From an uncultured archaeon (GTDB lineage Archaea > Iainarchaeota > Iainarchaeia > Iainarchaeales > CSSED10-239): DNA of 32,000 bases. The notes beneath the pieces are model-generated. The model did not search any database and was not told the DNA's origin. It saw only the letters and a program-made list of their open reading frames with translations. A program made the translations under genes and the position numbers. The first letter of the stretch is position 1. Every line of letters begins with the position of its first letter. The stretch covers positions 22,956-54,955 of the forward strand of contig CAZCAP010000004.1 in assembly GCA_964496765.1 (NCBI GenBank). The letters are read 5' to 3'. Of this stretch, positions 15,232-24,450 are shown piece after piece.

Positions 15232-15708
15232 TCATTTTACTAATTTTTCAATTATTTTATCATTTGTATTACTTGTATATTTTTCAATTAATAGCTTATC
15301 ATATAATGTACTAATTATGATTGAAACTAAAACTCCTAGGATAACATATGTCCAAAATCCATTTACTGTAAATAAACCAAAATTGTACATTATTTTTAAA
15401 TAATATTTATTAACAAACCATAGTAATGGGAATGCAATCACAAGCATAATAAGCATTGATTTCATGGACATGTTCCATTGTTCACCAACCATTTTAAATG
15501 CTTCTTTTTGTTTAGCTTTAACCTCATCCATTTTTTGTTCTTTTGCTAATTTATTCATTTCTTTTTGAATATCTTTACTTTTTTTCTTATGTGCAAAATA
15601 TCTATAGGGATCAACTGTGAAATGTTGTATTAATTTATTAAGTCCAGCAAATACAATCACAATAATTATCATATCAATCCAAACATTAACTAATGGCGCT
15701 GTAAACAT
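15232..15708 (-). CDS. DUF106 / EMC3-TMCO1 (Oxa1 superfamily) membrane protein
   Basis: Three hydrophobic segments with 'KKSKDIQKEMNKLAKEQKMDEVKAKQKEAFKMVGEQWNMSMKSMLIMLVIAFPLLWFV'; located beside secY as in other archaea. Confidence 0.88.
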   Translation of the reverse strand: MFTAPLVNVWIDMIIIVIVFAGLNKLIQHFTVDPYRYFAHKKKSKDIQKEMNKLAKEQKMDEVKAKQKEAFKMVGEQWNMSMKSMLIMLVIAFPLLWFVNKYYLKIMYNFGLFTVNGFWTYVILGVLVSIIISTLYDKLLIEKYTSNTNDKIIEKLVK

Positions 15709-15724
15709 ATTTCATATTCTCCTC

Positions 15725-17059
15725 TTAGTTATTTTTACCAACTACTTTTTTTAAGAACGAACTTGATTCAAATACTTGCTCTTTTGCAAGTTGTTCATAG
15801 AACCTATATACTATTCCAACAGTTAATAGAATTCCAATTCCAGAACCTATTGCACCAGTTAGATCAGATAAAACAGCTAATATTCCAACAAAGATTGATC
15901 CCAGAATCGTAATTGTGGGAATATATCTTTTTAGCACCGTTGCAAGCACCCTTTCATCTCTTCTAAATCCAGGCATGGACATACCCTGTGATTGCAATTG
16001 ACGAGCAACAGATTCTGAATTTTGCCCACCCAGTTCAACCCAAAATTTACCAAATACAATACATACTAAAACAAAAATCACACCGTATATAAATGCTTGA
16101 CCCCACATTCCAAAGGTTGCACCACCAAGTAACGTATTTTCAAGTAATCCATATTGTGGAGTTAGGAAAACTCCGATCTTGAAAAATAAATTTTCCAAAA
16201 AGGTCCCCTTCGCAAGATTCACAAACAGCACAACATTTGCAAATAATGTTGCTGTCAGGATTACTGGCATGTTTGAAACATATAAAAGCTTAACGGGATA
16301 TTTTGCACCCATTCCACTTCTTCCTACTGTTAAAGGAATATTAACATGCATACCCTCAACATAAACAACTACAAAAAATACAAGGAATGTAACTAGGACA
16401 GGTAATATTACTGTTGATAATAATTGCAACATAGCACCTGTTCTTAGGGTCTCAATCGCAATAAATATTAATCCTCCTGTGCTTACTGCAGATGGAAGAC
16501 TAAATACTCTCCAAAGTATTTGTTGAGCAACCCCTCCAGCAATAAATAGTCCAATTCCAGAACCAATTCCATATTTACTTACAACCTCATCTAAATATAA
16601 TAATATTATTGAACCCAAAGCTACCTGAATTACAACAAACAGCCACATACCTGGCAATGGCACAAGCATACCTACACTAACCGCAACAATTGCTTCAACA
16701 AATCCTAAAACAATTGCAACTAATTTTTGTAACAAACTAAACTTAGCTCTATCTTCAGGATTAGAAAAGTTCAGATTAATCACTTTCACTCCCACAAGCA
16801 ATTGCAAAATAATTGATGCTAAAACAATTGGACCAATTCCAAGACTAATTAGGGTACCAAGATCACTTGCCATAACTGTTTGAAAGAATTCCAAACGAAA
16901 TAAAGCAGTTGGAGATATTCCTATTAAAGCAATACTACCAAGTATAAAAAACAAAGCTAGAACAATACCTGTCCAAATTAATTTTTTCTTTATATTTGGG
17001 ACTTTTACAGGATCCTTAACTGATGGTAAGATCTTACCTAATACATCATAGAAACTCAT
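15725..17059 (-). CDS. secY: Protein translocase subunit SecY
   Basis: Multi-spanning; 'LASIILQLLVGVKVI', 'GIGSGIGLFIAGGVAQQI', 'GRSGMGAKYPVKLLYVSNMPVILTA', C-terminal 'GIGILLTVGIVYRFYEQL'. Confidence 0.97.
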   Translation of the reverse strand: MSFYDVLGKILPSVKDPVKVPNIKKKLIWTGIVLALFFILGSIALIGISPTALFRLEFFQTVMASDLGTLISLGIGPIVLASIILQLLVGVKVINLNFSNPEDRAKFSLLQKLVAIVLGFVEAIVAVSVGMLVPLPGMWLFVVIQVALGSIILLYLDEVVSKYGIGSGIGLFIAGGVAQQILWRVFSLPSAVSTGGLIFIAIETLRTGAMLQLLSTVILPVLVTFLVFFVVVYVEGMHVNIPLTVGRSGMGAKYPVKLLYVSNMPVILTATLFANVVLFVNLAKGTFLENLFFKIGVFLTPQYGLLENTLLGGATFGMWGQAFIYGVIFVLVCIVFGKFWVELGGQNSESVARQLQSQGMSMPGFRRDERVLATVLKRYIPTITILGSIFVGILAVLSDLTGAIGSGIGILLTVGIVYRFYEQLAKEQVFESSSFLKKVVGKNN

Positions 17060-17430
17060 TCAACCTTCCCTCCAGCCTTCTCAATCTTTGTTTTTGCTGT
17101 GTCAGTGAATTTTGCATTTTTAATTATTAATGGTTTTCTAATGTTTCCTGATCCTAATATTTTATCAAAACCTAATTGCTTCAAATCAATTTCCCTATTA
17201 TTTCCTGCTAATTTTTCAAGATTGGTTAAATTAATTTCAAGTAATTTTGTTTTTGCTTTTAATCTAATTTTAGTATTACAATTTACATATGGCAAAAATT
17301 TACCTCTCTTATGTTTAAAGGATCCAGCTCTACCACGTCCACCATTACTACCTGCACCTCTATGATTTTTGGTATTACCCTTACCGTGCGTACGGTGTCC
17401 TCTTAATCTATCAACTTTTGATTTACTCAT
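17056..17430 (-). CDS. rpl15: Ribosomal protein uL15
   Basis: KVDRLRGHRTHGKGNTKNHRGAGSNGGRGRAGSFKHKRGKF. Confidence 0.94.
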   Translation of the reverse strand: MSKSKVDRLRGHRTHGKGNTKNHRGAGSNGGRGRAGSFKHKRGKFLPYVNCNTKIRLKAKTKLLEINLTNLEKLAGNNREIDLKQLGFDKILGSGNIRKPLIIKNAKFTDTAKTKIEKAGGKVE

Positions 17431-17447
17431 AGTATCACAAATTTTAT

Positions 17448-17909
17448 TTAAATCATTTTTTTAATTAATTTATTAATGTGCTCTTGTCTATTTCCAAGTG
17501 CACCCCCAATAGAAAATGGATTCTTAATTCCTTTTCTCTCATACCCTTTTCTTGGTGGTCTAAGTCTGAATACTGGTTTTAAATTTAATGTTTTTACTGT
17601 TGTTTTACCTGAAATTAAATCTTCAGCAACTTTTTTTGCTTTCGTTTCATCATACATTTCTGAAAATGCAATTAATTTTCTTTCAGAATTATAGGCATTA
17701 CCTCTCTTAAGCAAAAGTTTTGTTAACGTATCAGCATCAATTATTCCCCAGGTAATGTAATCTTTTCCTTTTTTCAACATACCCGCAATTTTATCTGATT
17801 CCTTATATAAAACGCAATGATTAACTCTCGTTAAATTCAATAATTCAATAGTGTCTTCAATATCTCTATTAACACTAATTTTCCCTCTAATTCTTATTAT
17901 TGCATACAT
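17448..17909 (-). CDS. rpl30: Ribosomal protein uL30
   Basis: YAIIRIRGKISVNRDIEDTIELLNLTRVNHCVLYKE...YITWGIIDADTL...FRLRPPRKGYERKGIKNPFSIGGALGNR. Confidence 0.95.
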   Translation of the reverse strand: MYAIIRIRGKISVNRDIEDTIELLNLTRVNHCVLYKESDKIAGMLKKGKDYITWGIIDADTLTKLLLKRGNAYNSERKLIAFSEMYDETKAKKVAEDLISGKTTVKTLNLKPVFRLRPPRKGYERKGIKNPFSIGGALGNRQEHINKLIKKMI

Positions 17910-17939
17910 ACGTAATCAAACCTTATTTTTATTTTATAA

Positions 17940-18680
17940 TTATTCCTCTTTTGCTTTAAGTTTATCTGAAAGTTTTAATTTTGATAAATTTGCAAGTGCG
18001 TCAATTGTTGCTTTTACAAAATTTAATTTAGTATCAGTTGAACCCCTTGTTTTTGACCAAACATCCTTAACACCAGCAATCTCTAAAACCGGTTTAATTG
18101 CATCAGATACTGCAAGCCCAAGTCCATTAGGTGCAGGAAGCAATTCAACTCTCAGAGATGCGCATTTTCCAATAGTTTGATAAGGTATTGAATGTTTGTT
18201 GGTACAATTACATTCCCAACTTCCACAACCTCTTTTAACATAGGTCATATTTAATTTAGCATCCTGTACACCTTTTTCTTGAGCACTGATTCTTTCAATA
18301 TTTTTACCAGATCCAATGCCAATGTGACCATTGCCATCTCCAACAATTACAGAAACTCTGAATGAAAAATGACGACCAGCTCTTGTAACTCTAGTTGTTT
18401 TCTTAATATCAACAACCTTAATTTTTAAATCAGGAATTAGGAAATCAATAATTTGTGGTTCCATAATTTTTCCTATCCTCTTAGCATCATCCAGTGAAGT
18501 TATTTGTCCATCCTTAACAGCATGACCAAGCTTTGTTTTTGGTGCCCAGGTTGCTGGATCAAATGGAACGTTTAATGACCTTTCAGCTCTTACGCGTTTT
18601 TTAACAATCACTTCAGTTAAATCTTTCTCAAGATCTTTTTCTTTTTCTTTTTCAATTAAAGTTTTTTTATCAAGTGGCAT
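17940..18680 (-). CDS. rps5: Ribosomal protein uS5
   Basis: VTRAGRHFSFRVSVIVGDGNGHIGIGSGKN...VKRGCGSWECNCTNKHSIPYQTIGKCASLRVELLPAPNGLGL. Confidence 0.96.
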   Translation of the reverse strand: MPLDKKTLIEKEKEKDLEKDLTEVIVKKRVRAERSLNVPFDPATWAPKTKLGHAVKDGQITSLDDAKRIGKIMEPQIIDFLIPDLKIKVVDIKKTTRVTRAGRHFSFRVSVIVGDGNGHIGIGSGKNIERISAQEKGVQDAKLNMTYVKRGCGSWECNCTNKHSIPYQTIGKCASLRVELLPAPNGLGLAVSDAIKPVLEIAGVKDVWSKTRGSTDTKLNFVKATIDALANLSKLKLSDKLKAKEE

Positions 18681-18696
18681 ATATTATCATTTTTAT

Positions 18697-19206
18697 TTAT
18701 ATTTTTATTATTTTTTGTTTTAATTCATCAAAATCTTTAGTAATGTTATTTTTTAAGTATTTAGAGATTTCTTCTCCCTTTATCCTTTCCTCACTAGGAA
18801 AAGCTTCTTCACTGTAGGGTACGTCCAATCCAGAATCAACAATTGCCTTCAAACCAGCAAACATTTTATTCCCTGATTTTACGTTACGCCCAATATCAAA
18901 TACAACTTCTTTAATTCCTTTCTTTTTTGCAGATGAACATAGCAATAGTGATGTAAGATAAATTGCTGGAGTATTTTTTAAACTATACTTCCAACCTAAT
19001 TTCTTAAGATCATTACTAGTTATTGAAATAATGGTTATGTCACCATCTTTTTTGTATTCAATTATTTGTGCTCTAACAAGTTTGTTTGAAATTCTCAGAA
19101 CAAATCTATTTTTCTCTGATTTCAAGATTGCAAGTCTTTTAGAGTAATTTGTTTTTTGTTCTCTCTTTCTTCTAAACTCAACAGAGTATATTGGACCACT
19201 CTTCAT
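18697..19206 (-). CDS. rpl18: Ribosomal protein uL18
   Basis: FRRKREQKTNYSKRLAILKSEKNRFVLRISNKLVRAQII...YLTSLLLCSSAKKKGIKEVVFDIGRNV. Confidence 0.94.
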   Translation of the reverse strand: MKSGPIYSVEFRRKREQKTNYSKRLAILKSEKNRFVLRISNKLVRAQIIEYKKDGDITIISITSNDLKKLGWKYSLKNTPAIYLTSLLLCSSAKKKGIKEVVFDIGRNVKSGNKMFAGLKAIVDSGLDVPYSEEAFPSEERIKGEEISKYLKNNITKDFDELKQKIIKI

Positions 19207-19223
19207 AATTATTTCACCATTAT

Positions 19224-19670
19224 TTATTTAATTTCATTAACATATTCTTCTAGATGTTTTTTACCTCTAAAATAGTTTCCTTTAACCATTCTATAGAGTT
19301 TATGATAGTTTTTATCATTTAAAGCATTTTTGTCTTTAATTTCTTTAAGTTTTTTTCTTAATCCTCTGATTTTTAAATTGTAAATATTGTCTTTTTGTCT
19401 TGCTTTTGGAGTTCCTTTTCTTTTACCATGCCCTCTTTTTCTTTTTAGTTTCTTTTTTTCAAGAAGTATCCTTGCTCTTCCTCTTGATTGACCAGTATCT
19501 TTTCTTGTTTCAACAATCCCAGCGACAATTATTTTTCTGCCATCTTCTCTGGTTATTGCATCATCAACCATTTTCTTATTATCTGCATATTTTTCATTAT
19601 TAATTACAAGTCTGTTTTTACCAACTCTTAATAATTTGCTTGACATTTCAATAAGTTTATTTTGTTTCAT
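19224..19670 (-). CDS. rpl19e: Ribosomal protein eL19
   Basis: LLRVGKNRLVINNEKYADNKKMVDDAITREDGRKIIVAG...SRGRARILLEKKKLKRKRGHGKRKGTPKAR. Confidence 0.96.
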   Translation of the reverse strand: MKQNKLIEMSSKLLRVGKNRLVINNEKYADNKKMVDDAITREDGRKIIVAGIVETRKDTGQSRGRARILLEKKKLKRKRGHGKRKGTPKARQKDNIYNLKIRGLRKKLKEIKDKNALNDKNYHKLYRMVKGNYFRGKKHLEEYVNEIK

Positions 19671-19680
19671 ATTATTTCAC

Positions 19681-20019
19681 TTAATTTAGTACTTTAAGTC
19701 CTTTTTCTTTTGCAATTTTAGTTAATTCTTGCTTTTTCTTATCTCCAAGTCTACCAGAGAATCTAATTGCTATTTTTTCTTCTGCTATGTTTAACAAATC
19801 AGTCTTAGAAGAAACTAATACTTCAAACATCTTACTTGGATGCATTCCTCTCTCTTCCACAGGATGAGAAAAACCAACTTTTGGCATTGGACCTCTTGAT
19901 GATGATAATGTTCTGTCAATACCTCTTGGAAATCTCCATTTTTGTAAGTCTCTTCTTCTAACATGTCTCTTATTTGTTAAGGAATAATGTCCTCTAAAGT
20001 TCGGTCTGTCATTACTCAT
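19681..20019 (-). CDS. rpl32e: Ribosomal protein eL32
   Basis: KRHVRRRDLQKWRFPRGIDRTLSSSRGPMPKVGFSHPVEERGMHPSKMFEVLV. Confidence 0.93.
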   Translation of the reverse strand: MSNDRPNFRGHYSLTNKRHVRRRDLQKWRFPRGIDRTLSSSRGPMPKVGFSHPVEERGMHPSKMFEVLVSSKTDLLNIAEEKIAIRFSGRLGDKKKQELTKIAKEKGLKVLN

Positions 20020-20047
20020 AAATATCTTCTCTCAATAATCATTATTT

Positions 20048-20623
20048 TCAAATTAATTTTTCAGTTATGTAACACCCATCATCAAATATTCTATAATCGT
20101 GTCCAATAACTTTTGTTGTCCTTTCCAGGTTCCCAGCAGTTTGTGAAACGTTATATAGGTTATGTCCAGAAACTGTGATTTCTTTTCCAGAAACAACAAC
20201 CTTAACCCCTGGCATGATTTCTGTTTGTCTTGGTTTTTTTTCTCCAAGAAAGTTCACAATTAATATTTTATCTCCTTCAACTTTAACTGTAATTGGAAAG
20301 TGAGAATAAATAACTGATAATTTATATATAAATTCCTTTGTAAATCCAAGATATGCATTTTTAATTAATTTTGTAGTTGTATTTGCAACAGAAACAAATC
20401 TTTTAGGTGTTTTTCTTGCAGTAATTATTAATTGATCATCCTTATTTTCAATCAAAATATACACTTGATTATAGGGTATAACCTGAATAATTCCTTTTGA
20501 TTCAAGAGAGATTGTGTTTTTATCAATGGTAACCTTTACACCCTCAGGAACTGCAAGAGAGTTACTATGCAACTCTTTTTTTATTTTTGGTTTAATTTCT
20601 TTTACAATTTTTGTTTTAACCAT
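20048..20623 (-). CDS. rpl6: Ribosomal protein uL6
   Basis: VPEGVKVTIDKNTISLESKGI...TKLIKNAYLGFTKEFIYKLSVIYSHFPITVKVEGDKILIVNFLGEKKPR. Confidence 0.95.
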   Translation of the reverse strand: MVKTKIVKEIKPKIKKELHSNSLAVPEGVKVTIDKNTISLESKGIIQVIPYNQVYILIENKDDQLIITARKTPKRFVSVANTTTKLIKNAYLGFTKEFIYKLSVIYSHFPITVKVEGDKILIVNFLGEKKPRQTEIMPGVKVVVSGKEITVSGHNLYNVSQTAGNLERTTKVIGHDYRIFDDGCYITEKLI

Positions 20624-20641
20624 AATTATTCCTACTTTAAT

Positions 20642-21040
20642 TTAATAAACAAATGCAATTAATCTGCCACCAAGTTTGTTTTTCTTAGCTTCAACGTGAG
20701 TCATAATACCCTTGGTTGTGCTTACAACCAATAAACCAACATCTCTTGAAATTAAAAATGACTTTTCAAATTTTTCATAGTCACCGTGTTTTACAGCAAA
20801 TCTAGGTTTGATTGATTTACACTTATTTATCTTACCATCAAGATAAATAATTAATTTCTTGTGTGGTTTTTTGTCTATGACTTTATAGTTAGCTATATAA
20901 CCTTCATCCTTCAACACCTTGATTACTCCTTCAAGGAAATTGGAGTGACTTAAAGCACACGTCCTTTTTGCAACGTTTTCCGCATTGTTTATGTTATTTA
21001 ATGCATCTGAAACTGGATCATTTAAACTCATTAACTTCAC
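20642..21040 (-). CDS. rps8: Ribosomal protein uS8
   Basis: NDPVSDALNNINNAENVAKRTCALSHSNFLEGVIKVLKDEGYI...RDVGLLVVSTTKGIMTHVEAKKNKLGGRLIAFVY. Confidence 0.95.
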   Translation of the reverse strand: MKLMSLNDPVSDALNNINNAENVAKRTCALSHSNFLEGVIKVLKDEGYIANYKVIDKKPHKKLIIYLDGKINKCKSIKPRFAVKHGDYEKFEKSFLISRDVGLLVVSTTKGIMTHVEAKKNKLGGRLIAFVY

Positions 21041-21061
21041 CTAATATATAAATTTTACCCC

Positions 21062-21244
21062 TTAATCATATTTTTTAAAACCTAACTCTTCTGCATAATC
21101 ATTAAAGCATCTTCTACAAATGTATATGTTATATTTTCTTATAAGACCTCTTTGGGACCCACAAAATCTACATTTTCTTGCTCTCTTAAGTTCTTTACTT
21201 GTCTTGCTTAAGACTGGTCTTTTTGATTTTGTATCTGTACTCAT
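21062..21244 (-). CDS. rps14: Ribosomal protein uS14 (zinc-binding)
   Basis: RKCRFCGSQRGLIRKYNIYICRRCFNDYAEELGFKKYD. Confidence 0.95.
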   Translation of the reverse strand: MSTDTKSKRPVLSKTSKELKRARKCRFCGSQRGLIRKYNIYICRRCFNDYAEELGFKKYD

Positions 21245-21798
21245 TCAATCACGACCTTTAAATTTTCTTTTGCAAAATTCATAGCATCTTCTTTTGTTAT
21301 TAAATGCTTTTTTCCAACTTTTGCATATTTTAATTTTCTTAATTTTACTCTATAACCTTTTCTTCTAAGAGATATGCAAACATCGAAACCCCTTATCCCA
21401 AGCTCTGGATTGTATTTAATTCCAGGAACATCTAAGTATTCCTTAATACCATATGAAAAATTACCATCCTTTGAAAAAGATTTTTTCTTCATAACATATT
21501 TTTTTGCTTTTAATGTTAATTCTATAAAATCATTTGCCTCTTTACCCCTAAGAGTTGTTTTACAACCAATTGGAAGGCCAGGTCTAATACCCCAGGTAGG
21601 AAGTTTAACCTTACATTTAGTTTTAACTCCGTGTTTTTTTGTAACTAATTCAAGAATCTTTACTGCTCTTTCTAGTTCAGCACCTGATTCTCCAACACCA
21701 ATGTTAACAACAACCTTGTCAACATATATATCCCTCATTAGGTTTTTTTCTGATTTAACCTTTGGTTCTTTTTTAATTTCTTGTTTTTTGTCTTCCAT
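21241..21798 (-). CDS. rpl5: Ribosomal protein uL5
   Basis: IYVDKVVVNIGVGESGAELERAVKILELVTKKHGVKTKCKVKLPTWGIRPGLPIGCKTTLRG. Confidence 0.95.
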   Translation of the reverse strand: MEDKKQEIKKEPKVKSEKNLMRDIYVDKVVVNIGVGESGAELERAVKILELVTKKHGVKTKCKVKLPTWGIRPGLPIGCKTTLRGKEANDFIELTLKAKKYVMKKKSFSKDGNFSYGIKEYLDVPGIKYNPELGIRGFDVCISLRRKGYRVKLRKLKYAKVGKKHLITKEDAMNFAKENLKVVIE

Positions 21799-21813
21799 AA
21801 AATCTCACGAAAT

Positions 21814-22503
21814 TTAATTAATAACTATTACGTTTTTTTCAATAGTCTCAAATTCAAAGCTTTTTGTTTTTGCTTTAATCAATTCATATTTTTGCATAGT
21901 TCCGGGAGTAACTGCTGTTATTTTTCCAATTTCTCCAACATGCTTCCCACTAATTACAAGAATTTCACTCCCTTTTTCAAGTGGATAATATTCTTTTATT
22001 GTTCCTTCAATTAAATCAACCTTAATTGATGCTTTTGGTTTATATGCTTTGTTTGTGGTAAGAATTGCTCTACCATCATTTGTAACTAATTGGATTTGTC
22101 CCTTCTTAACAACATATTTTTTTAATATTTTACAAACTTTATAGTTTGATTCTTCTTTAGTAATTTCTTTAACAGAATAAGATCCATTACTTGTTGAAAT
22201 AATTTTATAGTATTTGTTAATTTTTGGGATTTCAATAACATCAAATAATCCAACTGGTAATCTATGATCATATACCTTTTTTTTATCAACAATTATTTCT
22301 CTATTATTGATTATATATTTAATTTCTCTTGCATTGTCTGCTAGATGTAAAATATCTCTAATTACAAAACCAATTGATATGGCTGTTAATTTACTATGTT
22401 TTCCTGATTTTGGATTAATTAAAAATCTTTTAGTTTTATCTATTCCAGATACTTTTTGAGCTTTCTGAAGCTTTAAACATTTTGTTTCGCCTTTATTTGC
22501 CAT
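21814..22503 (-). CDS. rps4e: Ribosomal protein eS4
   Basis: Start placed at internal Met (MANKGETKCLKLQKAQKVSGIDKTKRFLINPKSGKHSKLTAISIGFVIRDILHLADNAREIKYIINNREIIVDKK). This removes the apparent 68-bp overlap with uL24. Confidence 0.93.
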   Translation of the reverse strand: MANKGETKCLKLQKAQKVSGIDKTKRFLINPKSGKHSKLTAISIGFVIRDILHLADNAREIKYIINNREIIVDKKKVYDHRLPVGLFDVIEIPKINKYYKIISTSNGSYSVKEITKEESNYKVCKILKKYVVKKGQIQLVTNDGRAILTTNKAYKPKASIKVDLIEGTIKEYYPLEKGSEILVISGKHVGEIGKITAVTPGTMQKYELIKAKTKSFEFETIEKNVIVIN

Positions 22504-22504
22504 T

Positions 22505-22894
22505 TTATTCCACCTTCTTATTGGTTGGTGTTTTTTTAATTGATTTGTGTTTTTTTGAGATTCTTTTAACATCTGTTAAAACAACATCTATTATTAATAA
22601 ATTAGATGCCATGAATGGTAATAATTTTTCTTGACCTCTATTATTGCTACGTTTAATATCTTTAATGAAAACTCTTTCTTTTGTATAATTTACTTTTTCA
22701 ATTTTGCCAGTTTTCCCTTTATTTTCTCCAGTCATTATTTTAACTGTATCTCCTTTTCTAACAGAAAGTCTTTTTTTCCCAACACTTGCAAATAATTTCT
22801 TATCAAGTGGAGCTGTTAATACTTTCTTTTTATTATGATATATAGTATTATATAATCTTTTTCTTTGCTTACCAGGATTAATTGTTTTTTCCAT
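22505..22894 (-). CDS. rpl24: Ribosomal protein uL24
   Basis: HNKKKVLTAPLDKKLFASVGKKRLSVRKGDTVKIMTGENKGKTGKIEKVNYTKERVFIKDIKRSN (KOW). Confidence 0.94.
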   Translation of the reverse strand: MEKTINPGKQRKRLYNTIYHNKKKVLTAPLDKKLFASVGKKRLSVRKGDTVKIMTGENKGKTGKIEKVNYTKERVFIKDIKRSNNRGQEKLLPFMASNLLIIDVVLTDVKRISKKHKSIKKTPTNKKVE

Positions 22895-22920
22895 ATATAA
22901 TCTTTCTTTTATTTATAAAT

Positions 22921-23319
22921 TTAAATAACTGCTGATGATAATCCAGCAATCTTTGAATATCTTTCTCCAACTTCCTTTGCAACACAGCCTTTTACTTCTG
23001 ATGCCTTAGGGAACCCCTTTGGATCAGTTAAAACAACTGCATTATCTTCAAAACAAATTCTTAGGCCATTAGCTCTTCTGTATTCTTTTTTAACCCTAAC
23101 AACAACTGCTCTTTCAATTTTTTTTTTCATTGAAGGATTACCTTTTTTTACAACAACATTCACCATAGTTCCTATTCCTGCCTCTGGATGTTGTCTTTTT
23201 CTAGTTTTTTGATTAAATACAGAAATTATTTCAACAATTTTTGCACCACTATTATCTGCACAATTACATCTTGATCCAACCTGAAGACATCTAACAACAT
23301 TTGCACTAATTTGTTTCAT
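22921..23319 (-). CDS. rpl14: Ribosomal protein uL14
   Basis: VGSRCNCADNSGAKIVEIISVF...GIGTMVNVVVKKGNPSMKKKIERAVVVRVKKEYRRANGLRICFEDNAVVL. Confidence 0.96.
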   Translation of the reverse strand: MKQISANVVRCLQVGSRCNCADNSGAKIVEIISVFNQKTRKRQHPEAGIGTMVNVVVKKGNPSMKKKIERAVVVRVKKEYRRANGLRICFEDNAVVLTDPKGFPKASEVKGCVAKEVGERYSKIAGLSSAVI

Positions 23320-23669
23320 TCTTCATCACCTACTTTTGGAATTGTTTCTGCTAATTTTTCTGTTTGTTTTTCTTTTTTAATGTTTGTTGGATCTACTTTT
23401 TTAATTATAATCATAGATTTAGTTTTACTTATTTTTCTTGTTTCTCCACAAAGAACAACATCCCCAACAACCACAGTGATTTCCTCAGGAACATGAACCG
23501 CAAAGGTGCTTTTCTTAACACGATATCTTTCATATTTGGGAACAAATTTAATTGTTTTAACTTCAACATGAGCAGTTTTCTTAGATTTCATTCTAATTAT
23601 TTTTGCTTCAATTAATTTTCCTCTTATTGAAAAATTTTCTTTATCTTTATTTATTGTATCTTTTTTCAT
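23316..23669 (-). CDS. rps17: Ribosomal protein uS17
   Basis: IRGKLIEAKIIRMKSKKTAHVEVKTIKFVPKYERYRVKKSTFAVHVPEEITVVVGDVVLCGETRKISKTKSMIII. Confidence 0.94.
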   Translation of the reverse strand: MKKDTINKDKENFSIRGKLIEAKIIRMKSKKTAHVEVKTIKFVPKYERYRVKKSTFAVHVPEEITVVVGDVVLCGETRKISKTKSMIIIKKVDPTNIKKEKQTEKLAETIPKVGDEE

Positions 23670-23896
23670 TTAAGATCACGCATTATTTCCATATTTAATA
23701 TTTCTTTTTTTTTAATTATAATTAATTTATTGGTTTTAGTTCTAATTGTTAATAATTCTTTTGTTTCATTGATTATAAGTCCACAAATTCCAACCTTACT
23801 TAAATCACTTGAACTTACAATCTTTACATTCTTTCCTAATTGCTCAAGATCTTTTACATTAAGCATCAATAAACTCCTGTAAATATCCCTTTTCAA
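23666..23896 (-). CDS. rnp1: Ribonuclease P protein component 1 (Rpp29/Pop4), compact
   Basis: LEQLGKNVKIVSSSDLSKVGICGLIINETKELLTIRTKTNKLIIIKKKEI; syntenic between SUI1/uL29 and uS17. Confidence 0.85.
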   Translation of the reverse strand: MKRDIYRSLLMLNVKDLEQLGKNVKIVSSSDLSKVGICGLIINETKELLTIRTKTNKLIIIKKKEILNMEIMRDLK

Positions 23897-24164
23897 TTAA
23901 TAGTTGTTTAACCTTATCCTTTTGGCTACCCTGGATTTCAACAATATTATTTTTTAAAGTTCCTCCACAGGCAAGCTTTTTTTTCAAAAATTTCTCAATC
24001 TCTTTCCCTTCTTCATTGGTCGTAAATCCAGAGATTGTAGTTACAAATTTTTTAAATTTTTTTCTTTGAATTGCAATCTTTATGTGTTGTGACTCTTTTG
24101 ATCTTGCACCACAAGTACATATACTTTTTGGCAAATGGCATGTTGGACAAATTTCATTTATCAT
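23859..24164 (-). CDS. Translation initiation factor aIF1 (SUI1)
   Basis: CPTCHLPKSICTC...IKIAIQRKKFKKFVTTISGFTTNEEGKEIEKFLKKKLACGGTLKNNIVEIQGSQKDKVKQLLIEKGY. Confidence 0.95.
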   Translation of the reverse strand: MINEICPTCHLPKSICTCGARSKESQHIKIAIQRKKFKKFVTTISGFTTNEEGKEIEKFLKKKLACGGTLKNNIVEIQGSQKDKVKQLLIEKGYLQEFIDA

Positions 24165-24184
24165 TATATTATCTTTCTCCTCAT

Positions 24185-24433
24185 CTATTCTTTTTCAACA
24201 CTTACTTTTGATTTAGGTGTTTTTAAAACAACTGGCTTAACCTTATTTAATTGATTTGATTTGGTTAATAATCTTGCAATCTCTTTTTTAAGTTGTTTCT
24301 TCTTTGCTGTATTATTTGATTTGGTTTTTGAAGCAAGCATACCTTTAAATTTTGCAAGTTCAATTTTAAGTTCAGATACCTTTTGATTAATCGCGGTAGC
24401 TGTATTTAATTCCACTTTTCTTTTTTTAACCAT
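24185..24433 (-). CDS. rpl29: Ribosomal protein uL29
   Basis: KVSELKIELAKFKGMLASKTKSNNTAKKKQLKKEIARLLTKSNQ; position between uS3 and aIF1. Confidence 0.88.
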   Translation of the reverse strand: MVKKRKVELNTATAINQKVSELKIELAKFKGMLASKTKSNNTAKKKQLKKEIARLLTKSNQLNKVKPVVLKTPKSKVSVEKE

Positions 24434-24450
24434 ATAAGAACCACATTTAT

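Noticed and set aside
22504-22572. 68-bp overlap between eS4 and uL24
   Set aside because: Artefact of choosing the most upstream Met; eS4 begins at internal MANKG (22503).
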